A DNA stretch of 64,000 nt, from positions 1 to 64,000 of the IMG/VR virus record IMGVR_UViG_3300035670_009638; one strand, given 5' to 3'. The position numbers and the translations under genes are program-made. The notes beneath the pieces were generated by a model. That model made no database searches, was not told the DNA's origin, and worked only from the letters and a program-made list of their open reading frames with translations. Position 1 is the first letter of the stretch. The number at the start of each line of letters is the position of its first letter. This document shows positions 18,216 through 29,190 of this stretch, one piece after another. This DNA comes from a virus.

Positions 18216-21200
18216 ATGACTGATAGCAGGCATCAAAACCTATATGTCTTGGATTATATGAAGGAAACTATCGGCATTCTGTCTAACAGGATGCCTTCTT
18301 CTTTACCTTTTTATAATGACTTACATCAAAGAAGTCTAGATGATTTTACCGATTACATTACATTTTCTGTCCCTTCAAATCATGAAGGTGCAGAGAAAAT
18401 TACAGCCGATCGATACATCTTATATCCGGTTTTTAACGAAGGTTATAAACTTTATAAGATAAAAGAAGTAAAAGAAATTCGTGAGTCAGGGGAAAGAAGA
18501 AAAGAAGTTTATGCTGAAATCTCTGCCCAAGACGATTTAATTAAAGATGTAGTAAGACCAGCAACACATACATCTGCTTCTCTTGAAACAGTCATTACAA
18601 CTATCCTTTCTAATTCAGATTGGAAAGTTGGTCATGTTGATGATTTTGGAATTAAAGATTATAACATTGACGACTATCCAAATAAACTTGAAGCTTTAGT
18701 TGATGCAGTAAAAGCTTACGGTGGAGAATTAGAATTTGAATATATTGTTCGTGGGACAAAAATTATCTCTCAAATTGTTAATGTATATGAGCAAGTAGGT
18801 GAAAGAACTGGTAAAACTTTCACTTATGGAAAAGACTTAGTGGGAATTGAGAGAATTGAAGATACAACTAAATTAGTAACAGCTTTAATTGGTGTTGGGC
18901 CAGAAAAAGATGGTATAAAATTATCATTTTATAATCAGTCTGCCACTCAATTGGGCGCACCAGAAGGTTTTGAAAAACCAACAAATGCTGATTGGGTTGG
19001 TTCTTTAGAAGCTTTCCAAAAATATAGCACAAACGGTAAGCATATTTTTGGTGTTTTCAAAGATGATAAAGCTCAATCTTCATATGAGTTATTTAATAAT
19101 ACTCTTGAAGCATTAAAGAAATATTCCAAACCTTTAATGACTTATAAAGCTAAGGTTGCTCTTTTAGAAAGAATTGCTGGATACGAACATGAAGTAGTTC
19201 GTCTAGGTGATACTGTCATGATTATTGACAAAGAAATGGGTATCACAGTAAAGGCAAGAATTCGTAAATTACAACGATCTATTACTAATCCAGAAAGCGG
19301 CGGAGTAGAACTAGGAGATTATATTCCAGTTGTTCCTCCGATAAATGATAGAATTTCTGCAATTCAGAGTAAAATTAGAGATCGCGAAGATATTTGGAAT
19401 AAAGCTCAAGAAGTTCCTCAGATCCAACAAGAGCTTGCTCAAAAAGCCGACAAAGGCGATTTATTTTCAGTACCTTCTCAACGTATGAAGATTCGATATG
19501 TTCGTGATTATATTAATGGTAACACTGTAAATAGTCACAACCATTGGGTTGAGTTACAAGTTTGGAGAAAAGGTATTAACTTAGCTAAAGGCATAATACC
19601 AACCGGAACTGAAACAATCACTAATGCTTCTTACATCACAGATGGAATTATTGACTCATTGAGTTATGCTTCAATGGGAACTGGATTACAATATATCGAA
19701 CTAGACTTAGGTCAAGTTTATGATGATGTTGAATATATCCATACATGGCATTATTACAGTGATGGAAGAACATACAATGACCACAGAGTTGATGTTTCAG
19801 AAGATGGGTTAACATGGGTTCATTTATATTCCTCAGAATTAAATGGTTCTCATATAGAAACTTCTGAAGGTTTAATTGTTCCAGTTAACAGTTCAGCAAT
19901 TATTTCTACTCAAAAGAAAGAACAAAATCAAGTTGTTATAAGAGTAGGAGATTTGGAGGACTTTAAACTTTCAACTGAAGAAATCCTTCCTCAGAAAGTT
20001 AACCTTGTAGACTACAACAATAAAGTAACTCAACTAGAGAATGATATTGCTGCTAAAGCTGGTCTTGATTATGTTGACGGTCAACTGTTATTGAAAGCAG
20101 ATAACACAAGAGTTGATACTCTTGCAAACGATGTCGCGAATAAGGCTGATAAGTTATATGTTGACGATAATCTAATTTTAAAAGCTGATAAGTCTACAAC
20201 TTACACAAAGACAGAAGTAGATAATGCTCTTAACAGTAAAGTAAGTACAACTACTTACGATACTGATATTAATGGCATTGTTTCTCGCTTAGATAGCGCA
20301 GAAACTCGAATAACCCAAACTGAAAATGAAATTACTCTTAAAGCTTCAAAAACAGAAGTTGAGCAAGCAAAAGATTTAGCTACTGCTTCCACTGTTAAAC
20401 CAGTATTTTCTGGTAATAGCTCAAATATTTCTGTAAATCAAGGAACATTTGAAACTACTCCAGAAGGAAATATAAGAATTACTGGAACAGGTTCAGATGT
20501 AATGCTTTACCTAAATCCATCTTCACCTTTTAGTGGTGGAAAAAATGAACGGATCGCAATTAGAGTAAGATATATCGCAGACAATGGAACACCTTCATGG
20601 CAAGGACAAATATATTACCAAACTGCGACTCATACAGATAGCGAAAGTTACACCAAAAAGGGAATTCCTCAGCCAGCCAAAGATGGTAAGTGGCATACAA
20701 TTTCTGTTGATATGCATGATTTAACAACTGGTGGAACAGATTGGAAAGATAACAATATTATAAAAGTTAGATTAGACTTCTGGAATTACGCTATTTGGGA
20801 AGTTCAATTCGTTGTCATTGGTACAGTTTCAACTGACTTTGCTACTCCTGAGTCTGTAGATGCTTTAGAGCAAAGAATATCAACAGCAGAAACATCTATC
20901 ACTCAAAACTCTAATGAGATTTCATTAAGAGCTAAATCAAGTGATGTATATACAAAAACTGAAACTGATACAAAAGTTAATGCAAAGGCTGACCAAACAA
21001 CAGTTGATAATTTAACAACAAGAGTTTCTAACGCAGAAGCTCAATTAACTGTTCATTCGAATGAGATTGCAGCAAGAGTAAAAACAGTTGATTATGACGC
21101 AGACATGAGTGGTGTTGTTACAAGATTAGATACTGCTGAAGCTAATATTACAGCCAATGCTAATGAAATTAGTTTAAAAGCTTCTCAGTCTTCTGTTGAC

Positions 21201-23453
21201 ACTTTAAATACTAGAATGTCGGATGCAGAAGCTCAATTAACTGTTCATTCGAACGAAATTTCAACTAAAGTAACTTTAGATGAAGTTAAAGACGAAGCTA
21301 GAAGATCTGGAAATGAAGTTGTAAAAGCTCGTTATGTTCGTATTTATTCTAATGGAAACACAGTAAATACTAGCAACCATTTAGTTGAAGTTAAGGTTAT
21401 GAAAGATGATGTTAACCTTGCAAAAGGTTTAATTGCCACAAGTTCAACTACAATGAGTTATCCTGAAAGAATGACTGACGAAGTTATTGACACTTATCAA
21501 TATTCATCTTTCGGAAGTGGAAGACAATGGGTTCAATTCGATTTAGGCCAAATTTATGATGATATAGATTATATTCAAGTTTGGTTTTATTGGGCAGATG
21601 GAAGAAGTTACAACTATGAAGTTGAAGTTTCAGAAGACTCAATAAACTGGATGAACCTATTTGATACTAGCCGAAGTGGAAGACCTAAAGCAACTAGCTC
21701 GGGATTTGTTATTTTAGTTAACAAACAAGCTTCAATTAGTTCTTTAGCAAGTTCTATTAAACAAACTGCAAATAGCATCAACCTTAGAGTTGATAATGTC
21801 GAAGGAACTGCAAATACAGCAAAATCTTCTGCCGATACTGCTAATAATAAAATAGATAATCTAAAAGTTGGTGGTCGAAATCTTCTTTATAACTCCACCG
21901 GTGAAATAACTAACGAAAATGGAGAAGCTGATGGATGGGCAGCAGGAACGGTTGTTGAGCATGTTGAAAATAAAACTTGTTTAACAATTCATACCGCATC
22001 AACTACAGAAGTAACAAAAGCTTCTGAAAGATTTAGAGTGAAACCTAATACAAAATATGCGGTTAGAGCTTTAGTTAAAGGTACTACTAATGCTAAAGGT
22101 TTTGACATTTTCTTTTTAGGTAGACCATTAAGTTCAGCTAACAACTATGATTTTATTCATAATATGAATGCTGTCTTGCCTACTGATAAATTAACTGAAA
22201 AGTTTTGGACCTTTACTACAGAATCAACTGAGGAAGAAGGCTACATCAGAATTGATAACAATGGCTCTTCTGATGGATTAAATGCAACTGTTTGGTTCTC
22301 CGAAATTCAAATTGAAGAAGGAGATAAACATACAACTTGGAAACCTTCATTGGATGATACAGAGCAACGAATGGCTTCAGTTGAGCAAAGATTGTCAAAT
22401 GCTGAAATTGCAATTTCTGATAGTTCTATTATAAGTACAGTTATGAACTCTACAGAATATCAAGTTGCAATGGAAGGAAAAGCAAATTCAGACGATCTTG
22501 CTGGTTATGCAACAACTGGTCAGTTATCAGAAATGGAAACGTCTCTAAATAATAGTATAGATGATAAAATTTCTGCACTTGATATTGGGTCATATGTAAA
22601 AAGCTCTGAACTGAGTCAAACTTCTAGCGATTTAACTGCCAAATTCTCTAGAGCTGGTGGAGTCAACTTAATAAAGAACTCTGTTGGTTTTGCTGGATTT
22701 GAGTTTTGGAATGCCCCGACTCCAGATAGGTATAGTGTTGTAAGTCACTCAGCATTAGACTATCTTGGATTTGGTAGTGGTTTCTATTTCCCTTACCACG
22801 GAACATCTCCCAGATATATTACTCAAGAAGTTAATGTTGTATCGGGCAATCCATATACATTATCTTGGTTTGTGAATAAAACAAATAGTGATCCGGCAAC
22901 AAATAATGCAGGAGCTTTTTATGTTCAAGTATTAGAATATGATGCTTCTGGAAATACCCTTTACACTATGAGTTATAGATATGGTAGCGAAGTAACTACT
23001 AATGGTTATGAAGAGCATTTTGAAACATTTACTCCAGTGACCAATAAAATCACAGTGAGATTGTATGCTTATCAAAATGTTGATGCTACTGCAACTGGTC
23101 TAATGCTAAATGTTGGTGATGTTCCATTACAATGGACAATGGCACCAGGGGAAATCTATAACACAAATGTACGAATGGATATGAAAGGTTTAAAAGTATC
23201 TAAGTTTGAAGGGGAAAAAGAAACAAAATTCACCGTTATGACACCAGAACGTTTTGCAGGTTTTTATGATGTAAATGGTGACGGTGTAATTGAGGACTAT
23301 GATGGTTCTCCTGACGAAGTATTCAAAATGGACGAAGACTCGTTTATCATGAAGAAAGCCGTTATTAAGGAAGAACAATCTATGGGTCCGATGAAAATAA
23401 TTAAAATTGAAAGCGCTTCAAATACTGGATGGGCTTTTGTTCCTTCAGAATAA
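18216..23453 (+). CDS. tail spike / Tal-type protein with coiled coils, two discoidin-like repeats and CBM-like domains
   Basis: Prophage-tail N-terminus (FTYGKDL..IER, TALIGVG); duplicated RYVR..NGNTVN..NH.VE domain; GGRNLL and GGVNLIKNS domain starts. Confidence 0.85.
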   Translation: MTDSRHQNLYVLDYMKETIGILSNRMPSSLPFYNDLHQRSLDDFTDYITFSVPSNHEGAEKITADRYILYPVFNEGYKLYKIKEVKEIRESGERRKEVYAEISAQDDLIKDVVRPATHTSASLETVITTILSNSDWKVGHVDDFGIKDYNIDDYPNKLEALVDAVKAYGGELEFEYIVRGTKIISQIVNVYEQVGERTGKTFTYGKDLVGIERIEDTTKLVTALIGVGPEKDGIKLSFYNQSATQLGAPEGFEKPTNADWVGSLEAFQKYSTNGKHIFGVFKDDKAQSSYELFNNTLEALKKYSKPLMTYKAKVALLERIAGYEHEVVRLGDTVMIIDKEMGITVKARIRKLQRSITNPESGGVELGDYIPVVPPINDRISAIQSKIRDREDIWNKAQEVPQIQQELAQKADKGDLFSVPSQRMKIRYVRDYINGNTVNSHNHWVELQVWRKGINLAKGIIPTGTETITNASYITDGIIDSLSYASMGTGLQYIELDLGQVYDDVEYIHTWHYYSDGRTYNDHRVDVSEDGLTWVHLYSSELNGSHIETSEGLIVPVNSSAIISTQKKEQNQVVIRVGDLEDFKLSTEEILPQKVNLVDYNNKVTQLENDIAAKAGLDYVDGQLLLKADNTRVDTLANDVANKADKLYVDDNLILKADKSTTYTKTEVDNALNSKVSTTTYDTDINGIVSRLDSAETRITQTENEITLKASKTEVEQAKDLATASTVKPVFSGNSSNISVNQGTFETTPEGNIRITGTGSDVMLYLNPSSPFSGGKNERIAIRVRYIADNGTPSWQGQIYYQTATHTDSESYTKKGIPQPAKDGKWHTISVDMHDLTTGGTDWKDNNIIKVRLDFWNYAIWEVQFVVIGTVSTDFATPESVDALEQRISTAETSITQNSNEISLRAKSSDVYTKTETDTKVNAKADQTTVDNLTTRVSNAEAQLTVHSNEIAARVKTVDYDADMSGVVTRLDTAEANITANANEISLKASQSSVDTLNTRMSDAEAQLTVHSNEISTKVTLDEVKDEARRSGNEVVKARYVRIYSNGNTVNTSNHLVEVKVMKDDVNLAKGLIATSSTTMSYPERMTDEVIDTYQYSSFGSGRQWVQFDLGQIYDDIDYIQVWFYWADGRSYNYEVEVSEDSINWMNLFDTSRSGRPKATSSGFVILVNKQASISSLASSIKQTANSINLRVDNVEGTANTAKSSADTANNKIDNLKVGGRNLLYNSTGEITNENGEADGWAAGTVVEHVENKTCLTIHTASTTEVTKASERFRVKPNTKYAVRALVKGTTNAKGFDIFFLGRPLSSANNYDFIHNMNAVLPTDKLTEKFWTFTTESTEEEGYIRIDNNGSSDGLNATVWFSEIQIEEGDKHTTWKPSLDDTEQRMASVEQRLSNAEIAISDSSIISTVMNSTEYQVAMEGKANSDDLAGYATTGQLSEMETSLNNSIDDKISALDIGSYVKSSELSQTSSDLTAKFSRAGGVNLIKNSVGFAGFEFWNAPTPDRYSVVSHSALDYLGFGSGFYFPYHGTSPRYITQEVNVVSGNPYTLSWFVNKTNSDPATNNAGAFYVQVLEYDASGNTLYTMSYRYGSEVTTNGYEEHFETFTPVTNKITVRLYAYQNVDATATGLMLNVGDVPLQWTMAPGEIYNTNVRMDMKGLKVSKFEGEKETKFTVMTPERFAGFYDVNGDGVIEDYDGSPDEVFKMDEDSFIMKKAVIKEEQSMGPMKIIKIESASNTGWAFVPSE

Positions 23454-23471
23454 TAGAGAGGTGAAACCTTA

Positions 23472-26400
23472 ATGGCTTTATCTGGTTCTTTTTATACCAA
23501 CGTTGGTAGCCATTGGAGATTACAGTTGGAGTGGTCTGGGACACAAAGTGTCTCAGGCAACTACACTGATGTAACTGCGAAATTATACTGGATTGCGCTA
23601 GACAGTTATGGAGCAATATACTCAAGTGCTACTAAAGATGGTGGTATTTATATAAGTGGTTCTTGGAGTTATTTCAGTGGTGCTGGATTAGCTGCACTTT
23701 CAGCCAACCAAAAAAAATTACTCCATACTTACACAAAAAGGATTAACCATAATTCAGACGGTACAGGTTCTGTAACACTAGATGGCTTCTTTGATGCTGA
23801 AGTTACTCTTTCTGGTACTTATTATGGAAGAATAAACTTACCTTCAAAAACTTATACTCTGAATACAATTCCTCGTGCTTCAAGTTTAACTTCAAGCGCA
23901 AGTTGGACAGCACCAAATAATTTAAGTATCTCTATTTCAAGAGCTTCTACAAGTTTTACACATACAGTGAAAATCTATGCTGGCTCGACATTAATTAAAA
24001 CTTTAACTGGTATTAGAACAAGTGCAACTGCTTCGTTTACCACTTCTGAAAATACGAGCATTTTCAATGTGATTAATACTGGTTCAAGTACAAGCTCAAA
24101 AATTGAACTATTAACGTATTCTGGTTCAACATATATTGGAATGAAAACCTATACTGGAACAATTTCTGCTCCATCGGCAAGTTCTGTTTCAAGTAGTACA
24201 GATCGTTATCGTTATGTCGATGAAAACTTCCCAGTATCTTTAAGTGTTGGCCATAGTTCATTTACTCATACTTTAAAATGGACTTTTGGTTCATTCACTA
24301 AAACAATTTCTGGTGTTGGTTCAAGCTATACTTGGGACCCAACTTCCACTGAAGAACAATCAATCTATGCCCAAATTCCAAATGCAAAATATGGTAGTGG
24401 AACATTACAAGTTACAACTTACTATAATGGAGAACAAGTTAGAACCCCGACTTCAGTAAGTATTCAATGGCATGTACGAAACAGTGAACCTACATTTGGA
24501 ACTGGCTACACTTATAAAGATACAAATACAACAACAACTGGTATCACCGGGGATGCTACTAAGATTATTCAAAATAAATCTAGTGTTCTAGTAGAAATTC
24601 CAACAACAGCAAAAGCGACAGCTAGAAACAGTGCGACAATGGTTGAATACGTAGCAACGTTGAACGGTGTATCAATAACTCAACCATATTCTGATACAGC
24701 AACAGTATCATTTAACTTTGGTGCTGTTAATGCAAATGTTGATTTATCTTTAACAATTAAAGCAGTAGACAGTCGTGGTTTCTCGACTTCAACTTCAAAA
24801 ACTGTAACAATTATTCCTTATTCAAATCCGACTGTAACAACAAGTGCTTCTCGTGCAAATAACTTTGAAAACTCTACGACAGTAAAAATGAGTGGTGGAT
24901 TTTCTCCATTAACTATTGGTGGAGTAGATAAAAATACTGTTTCTTCTGTTCAATATCGATATAAAACAAGCACTTCAACTACTTGGGGAGCCTGGACAGA
25001 CTTCGTGTTTTCAATTAGTGGTTCAAGCTATTTTGCAACAGATGTTGTGCTTGACCTAGATAATATGCAATCTTGGAATATTGAAGTCCGAGCAGTTGAT
25101 AAATTAGGGAGTACAGTTGTAGCAAGATTAGTTGGCACCGGACAACCAATTTTCTTTATTGATACTACTAAAAAGGCTTTAGGAGTAAATAAATTTCCAA
25201 CTTTTAATAGAGATTTAGAAGTTGGTGGAACTGGAGCTATTAGTGCTAAAGGTCTGTTTGGTCAATATATGAATGATTATATGATATATGACCACGGAAA
25301 TGGAAACGTGACTCTCAATGCTTTAGGTGGAGATTTATATTTAGGATATAGAAATTCAGCTAAAGTGAGGTTGTCTTCAGACCTTTATACTTATGATGGT
25401 GTAAAACTAATTATTGATAAGTATGGGAATCTTAAAGCTGCTAGTGGAACACTTTCAGTTTCTAAGAATGGAACAGACTCATATATCAGATTTGATGCAC
25501 AAACAAATGACCCTGCCTACATCAGACACTACGAAAGTAGTAATACTGGTATTATGTATTTTTCTGCATCTGACGATAGAACGAGTGGAGATTACTTCTC
25601 ATTCGGTTCTACTCCTGGTGGAACTTATTCCGAAGCAGTAAGAATTCAAACAGATGGACATATACTTGCTGATGGAAACCTTTATTTAAGAGGTTCAGAT
25701 GCAAAAGTGTATATGAGTACAACATCTGGATCGCAATCATGGTACGGTCAAAACGGTGGAAACCTTGCAGTTGGTACGGATGATATTTTCGAAATTATTG
25801 AGACTGATGCAAGTGCTTCTAAATTCAAGTTTAGTGCCAATAATGGTACTTTCCAGATTAATAATGGTGTTGTATTGTCCAATCAAAGTGGAAATACTAT
25901 TAGAATACAAACTGCTTACGGGTATACGCAAATTGGGCCAAAAAACTCATCTTGGGCGCACTTTTATACTGATAGACCAAGTTGGTATTTTGATAAAGAA
26001 GTTGCAATCAATAATACTTTGAAGGGATATGGAACATATTTAAATATTAATACAACAACTCCTTCTGATAGTGGGTCATACCTTCGTGTTGCTGATTATA
26101 TCAGTGGTTCATATGGAACAGAGGTAACACTTACTTCTGAAGGTAGAACTGACTTGTATGGTGCAATCGGTACTTCTGGTAACCGTTTCTATCGTATGTA
26201 TTCTGGTGCTTTCTCAACATCTTCTTCTATGCATATCAAGAAAAATATTAAGAATGCTAGATCGAGAAGATACAAGATGAGAAGTGGAATTGAACTAAGT
26301 GCATTAGAAGCAGTTAGAAGCTTAACTCCATATCGATATAACTTCTACAACAGACCGGATAAAGTCGAAGAAGAACAAATTGGTATTTTAACAGAAGAAG

Positions 26401-26684
26401 CTCCAATTGATATTCTTGATGAAGATTTACAGAACGTTGATTTATACTCTTTATCAATGCTTTTAATGCAAGCTCTCCAAGAAGCAGATGAAAGATTAGA
26501 CTTCTTAGAAAGAAAGCTCAATATGAAAAAGGTTAGTGAAAGAGGTAATAAATCATATTACGGTCCAGAAGTTGAAGTTGATAACCCTTATAAAACTTGG
26601 GTTGGTAAAGGTATTCCTGAAGATGTACGTAAGAAATTAAATATGAAAGCCGGAAGGGAAAAGGAGAATTTCTATGTACTTTAA
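23472..26684 (+). CDS. tail fibre / receptor-binding protein (DUF859-like N-terminus, S74-type chaperone C-terminus)
   Basis: LNTIPRAS motif; SSSMHIKKNI...LTPYRYNF...IGILTEE. Confidence 0.85.
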   Translation: MALSGSFYTNVGSHWRLQLEWSGTQSVSGNYTDVTAKLYWIALDSYGAIYSSATKDGGIYISGSWSYFSGAGLAALSANQKKLLHTYTKRINHNSDGTGSVTLDGFFDAEVTLSGTYYGRINLPSKTYTLNTIPRASSLTSSASWTAPNNLSISISRASTSFTHTVKIYAGSTLIKTLTGIRTSATASFTTSENTSIFNVINTGSSTSSKIELLTYSGSTYIGMKTYTGTISAPSASSVSSSTDRYRYVDENFPVSLSVGHSSFTHTLKWTFGSFTKTISGVGSSYTWDPTSTEEQSIYAQIPNAKYGSGTLQVTTYYNGEQVRTPTSVSIQWHVRNSEPTFGTGYTYKDTNTTTTGITGDATKIIQNKSSVLVEIPTTAKATARNSATMVEYVATLNGVSITQPYSDTATVSFNFGAVNANVDLSLTIKAVDSRGFSTSTSKTVTIIPYSNPTVTTSASRANNFENSTTVKMSGGFSPLTIGGVDKNTVSSVQYRYKTSTSTTWGAWTDFVFSISGSSYFATDVVLDLDNMQSWNIEVRAVDKLGSTVVARLVGTGQPIFFIDTTKKALGVNKFPTFNRDLEVGGTGAISAKGLFGQYMNDYMIYDHGNGNVTLNALGGDLYLGYRNSAKVRLSSDLYTYDGVKLIIDKYGNLKAASGTLSVSKNGTDSYIRFDAQTNDPAYIRHYESSNTGIMYFSASDDRTSGDYFSFGSTPGGTYSEAVRIQTDGHILADGNLYLRGSDAKVYMSTTSGSQSWYGQNGGNLAVGTDDIFEIIETDASASKFKFSANNGTFQINNGVVLSNQSGNTIRIQTAYGYTQIGPKNSSWAHFYTDRPSWYFDKEVAINNTLKGYGTYLNINTTTPSDSGSYLRVADYISGSYGTEVTLTSEGRTDLYGAIGTSGNRFYRMYSGAFSTSSSMHIKKNIKNARSRRYKMRSGIELSALEAVRSLTPYRYNFYNRPDKVEEEQIGILTEEAPIDILDEDLQNVDLYSLSMLLMQALQEADERLDFLERKLNMKKVSERGNKSYYGPEVEVDNPYKTWVGKGIPEDVRKKLNMKAGREKENFYVL

Positions 26685-27162
26685 TTCTGAATTAGAAATT
26701 AAATTGGTCAAAGAAGGATGGGCAGCATTTAGCCTTGGCGAAAAAAATGCTTTAATACTAAGTCTTGCCACAAAGGACCAAGTTGAATACTCAAAAATTA
26801 CTGATGAATATATTTTAGACCATCACAAGTTCTTGAAGAAAGAACTTCTAAAAGAGAAATGTGAATTAGTTATTGAAGAAGGGTTTGTTTACTCTGTCAA
26901 TGGTCACAAATATAGAACAAATCGTGACGATCAAATTAATATGATAGGTCAAAAAGATGAACTTCTTGCTGATGAAACGATTACTATTGTTCAGTGGAAG
27001 ACTGAGGATGCTGGTTATATTAGCCACACAAGGGATGAATGGTTAGATATTTATAATCAAGCATTTGTTCATAAGAAAGAAACACTTTTAAAATATGATA
27101 CTTTGAAAAAAGCTGTTCAAGATGCTTTAACTCATGAAGAAATACTTTCTATCACTTGGTAA
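26674..27162 (+). CDS. DUF4376-like tail fibre-associated protein
   Basis: DDQINM, WKTED, C-terminal SITW. Confidence 0.7.
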   Translation: MYFNSELEIKLVKEGWAAFSLGEKNALILSLATKDQVEYSKITDEYILDHHKFLKKELLKEKCELVIEEGFVYSVNGHKYRTNRDDQINMIGQKDELLADETITIVQWKTEDAGYISHTRDEWLDIYNQAFVHKKETLLKYDTLKKAVQDALTHEEILSITW

Positions 27163-27215
27163 AAATATTTAAGACTCTCATTAGTGGGAGTCTTTTTAAT
27201 TTGGAGGAAATTAGA

Positions 27216-27395
27216 ATGGAACAACAACAAATCAACCCTCAAGAAGAAATGGTTAATGAAATCATTAATGATTTATCAAATAAAATTGCAGCACTCACCA
27301 AAGAGAATTCAATCCTGGTGGCAAACTTAAAAATGCTGCAAAAACAATTACAAGAAAAAGAACAAAATAACCAAGAACCACCTCAAGGAAAATAA
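27216..27395 (+). CDS. small coiled-coil protein
   Basis: ATG after GGAGG. Confidence 0.7.
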   Translation: MEQQQINPQEEMVNEIINDLSNKIAALTKENSILVANLKMLQKQLQEKEQNNQEPPQGK

Positions 27396-27431
27396 TCCCT
27401 TGGGGTTTTTCTTGTAAGAGGGGAGGATGCC

Positions 27432-27665
27432 GTGTTGGAGCAACTACTTTTGGAATTCGGACTAAAAGATGGGGTTTTTGTAGGTTTATTCATTTGGCTA
27501 CTAATCTATGTATTAAACACATCAAAAGAACGTGAGACGAAATTAACTAACTTCTTAGATGGAATGAAAGTTGAATTCGCAAAATTAACTGGTAGTTATG
27601 AAAGCCTATCAAAAGATGTTAAAGAAATCCGTGAAGAGCTTACTGAAATGAAAAGCAACAAATAA
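27432..27665 (+). CDS. BhlA/UviB-family holin-like protein
   Basis: GVFVGLFIWLLIYVL..SKERE.KL. Confidence 0.88.
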   Translation: MLEQLLLEFGLKDGVFVGLFIWLLIYVLNTSKERETKLTNFLDGMKVEFAKLTGSYESLSKDVKEIREELTEMKSNK

Positions 27666-27715
27666 CAACCTGAGATTTTTATAATCTCAGGTTATTTTTT
27701 TAAGGAGGAATTCTA

Positions 27716-28813
27716 ATGGCATTTAAAGTTGGCGTATGTGCTGGTCATGGTGGTTCCAATTCTACTCCTGGTAAAAGAACTCCAGACGGTGAATATGAAT
27801 GGACTTTTAATGACAAAGTTGTAAGGGCTTTCATTAATGAAATTAACACCTATCAAAACGTTTCTGTTCTTAGAACTGACGATGCTTCAGGTAAGACAGA
27901 TGTTCCTCTAAAAACTAGAACAGATAAAGCTAACTCTTGGGGTGCTGATATTTATATCTCATTCCATCATAATGCTTTTGCTGGTAAATGGGGAACTCAT
28001 ACTGGAGTTGAAACTCATGTATACCAATCTCGTCCAGCAAATTCAGTTAAACTAGCTAAGGCTGTTCACCCTGCTTTAGTTAAAGCTTATGGTTTACGAG
28101 ATCGTGGAATCAAATACACTAATTTTCATATCACAAGAGAAACTAAAATGGCAGCTGTTCTAATCGAAGGTGGATTTATGGATTCCACAATTGATATTAA
28201 AAAATTAAGAGACGATAAAGTCTTAGCAAATGTTGGTAAAGAAATTTCAATTGCTGTAGCTAAACTTTATGGACTTAAGAAGAAGCCTGTTTCAAAACCT
28301 TCTACACCTTCTACCCCAACTTCTGGAACGTACAAACTTTATAACGATGTTGCTGGTTACGTTACAGCAACTAACGCTAAAAGTGGTACTAACAGAAAAA
28401 CAACAGTCAAAAAAGGTGACTATTTCATTTTCAATGAATCTCAAGGAATGTTAAACCTTACTAAGAAAAAAGGTGTACCAGGTTCTTGGATTAACCCTTC
28501 TCATAACAAAATTCCAAAACCATCTAGCTCAGCTAAAACTTATACAGTTAAAAGTGGAGATACTTTATGGGGAATATCTCGATCAACTGGAGTGTCAGTG
28601 AACACTCTTAAGTCTATCAATAATCTAAAATCTGATTTAATTCGTCCAGGACAAGTTCTCTATTTAGAAAAGACAACTATTCACACAGTTGTTAAGGGAG
28701 AAACTTTATGGGCGATTTCTAGAAAATATAATACAACTGTAAATGCAATTAAGTCAGCTAACAGCTTATCATCCGATACTATTCATGTTGGAGATAAGCT
28801 AGTAATTAAATAA
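27716..28813 (+). CDS. endolysin: Amidase_3 plus two LysM domains
   Basis: AGHGG, ISFHHNA, VLIEGGFM motifs; YTVKSGDTLW and HTVVKGETLW. Confidence 0.95.
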   Translation: MAFKVGVCAGHGGSNSTPGKRTPDGEYEWTFNDKVVRAFINEINTYQNVSVLRTDDASGKTDVPLKTRTDKANSWGADIYISFHHNAFAGKWGTHTGVETHVYQSRPANSVKLAKAVHPALVKAYGLRDRGIKYTNFHITRETKMAAVLIEGGFMDSTIDIKKLRDDKVLANVGKEISIAVAKLYGLKKKPVSKPSTPSTPTSGTYKLYNDVAGYVTATNAKSGTNRKTTVKKGDYFIFNESQGMLNLTKKKGVPGSWINPSHNKIPKPSSSAKTYTVKSGDTLWGISRSTGVSVNTLKSINNLKSDLIRPGQVLYLEKTTIHTVVKGETLWAISRKYNTTVNAIKSANSLSSDTIHVGDKLVIK

Positions 28814-28825
28814 GGAGGAATTCTT

Positions 28826-29071
28826 ATGCTTCAAAAAATCAAGAAAAGAATTCGTAATCCTAAAGTAATTCTTGGTATTGTGTCTGGTGTTTTAATGATT
28901 CTAGTAAACTTAGGAATCATTGATGCAGTAATGTCGGACCAAGTTATCGAGATTACTAACATGATTCTTGGGGTCGGTGTGGCAATTGGTATTTTCTCAA
29001 ATCCTGAAAGTCATGTAAAACCAGAAGAACTTGAAGTTCCAGAAGAAGTTGAAGAAGAAAAAGCTGAGTAA
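28826..29071 (+). CDS. holin
   Basis: Two TM helices, RIRNP...GIFSNP. Confidence 0.85.
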   Translation: MLQKIKKRIRNPKVILGIVSGVLMILVNLGIIDAVMSDQVIEITNMILGVGVAIGIFSNPESHVKPEELEVPEEVEEEKAE

Positions 29072-29190
29072 TTCATTTACGTCCTAAGCATGACGTTAAA
29101 CTGCTTTCTTTTTATCATAAAATTACTATTTTATAAATTATTTAGGCTCATTCGAGTCTTTATTTTTTTTATAAAGGAGGCCGATATGCA

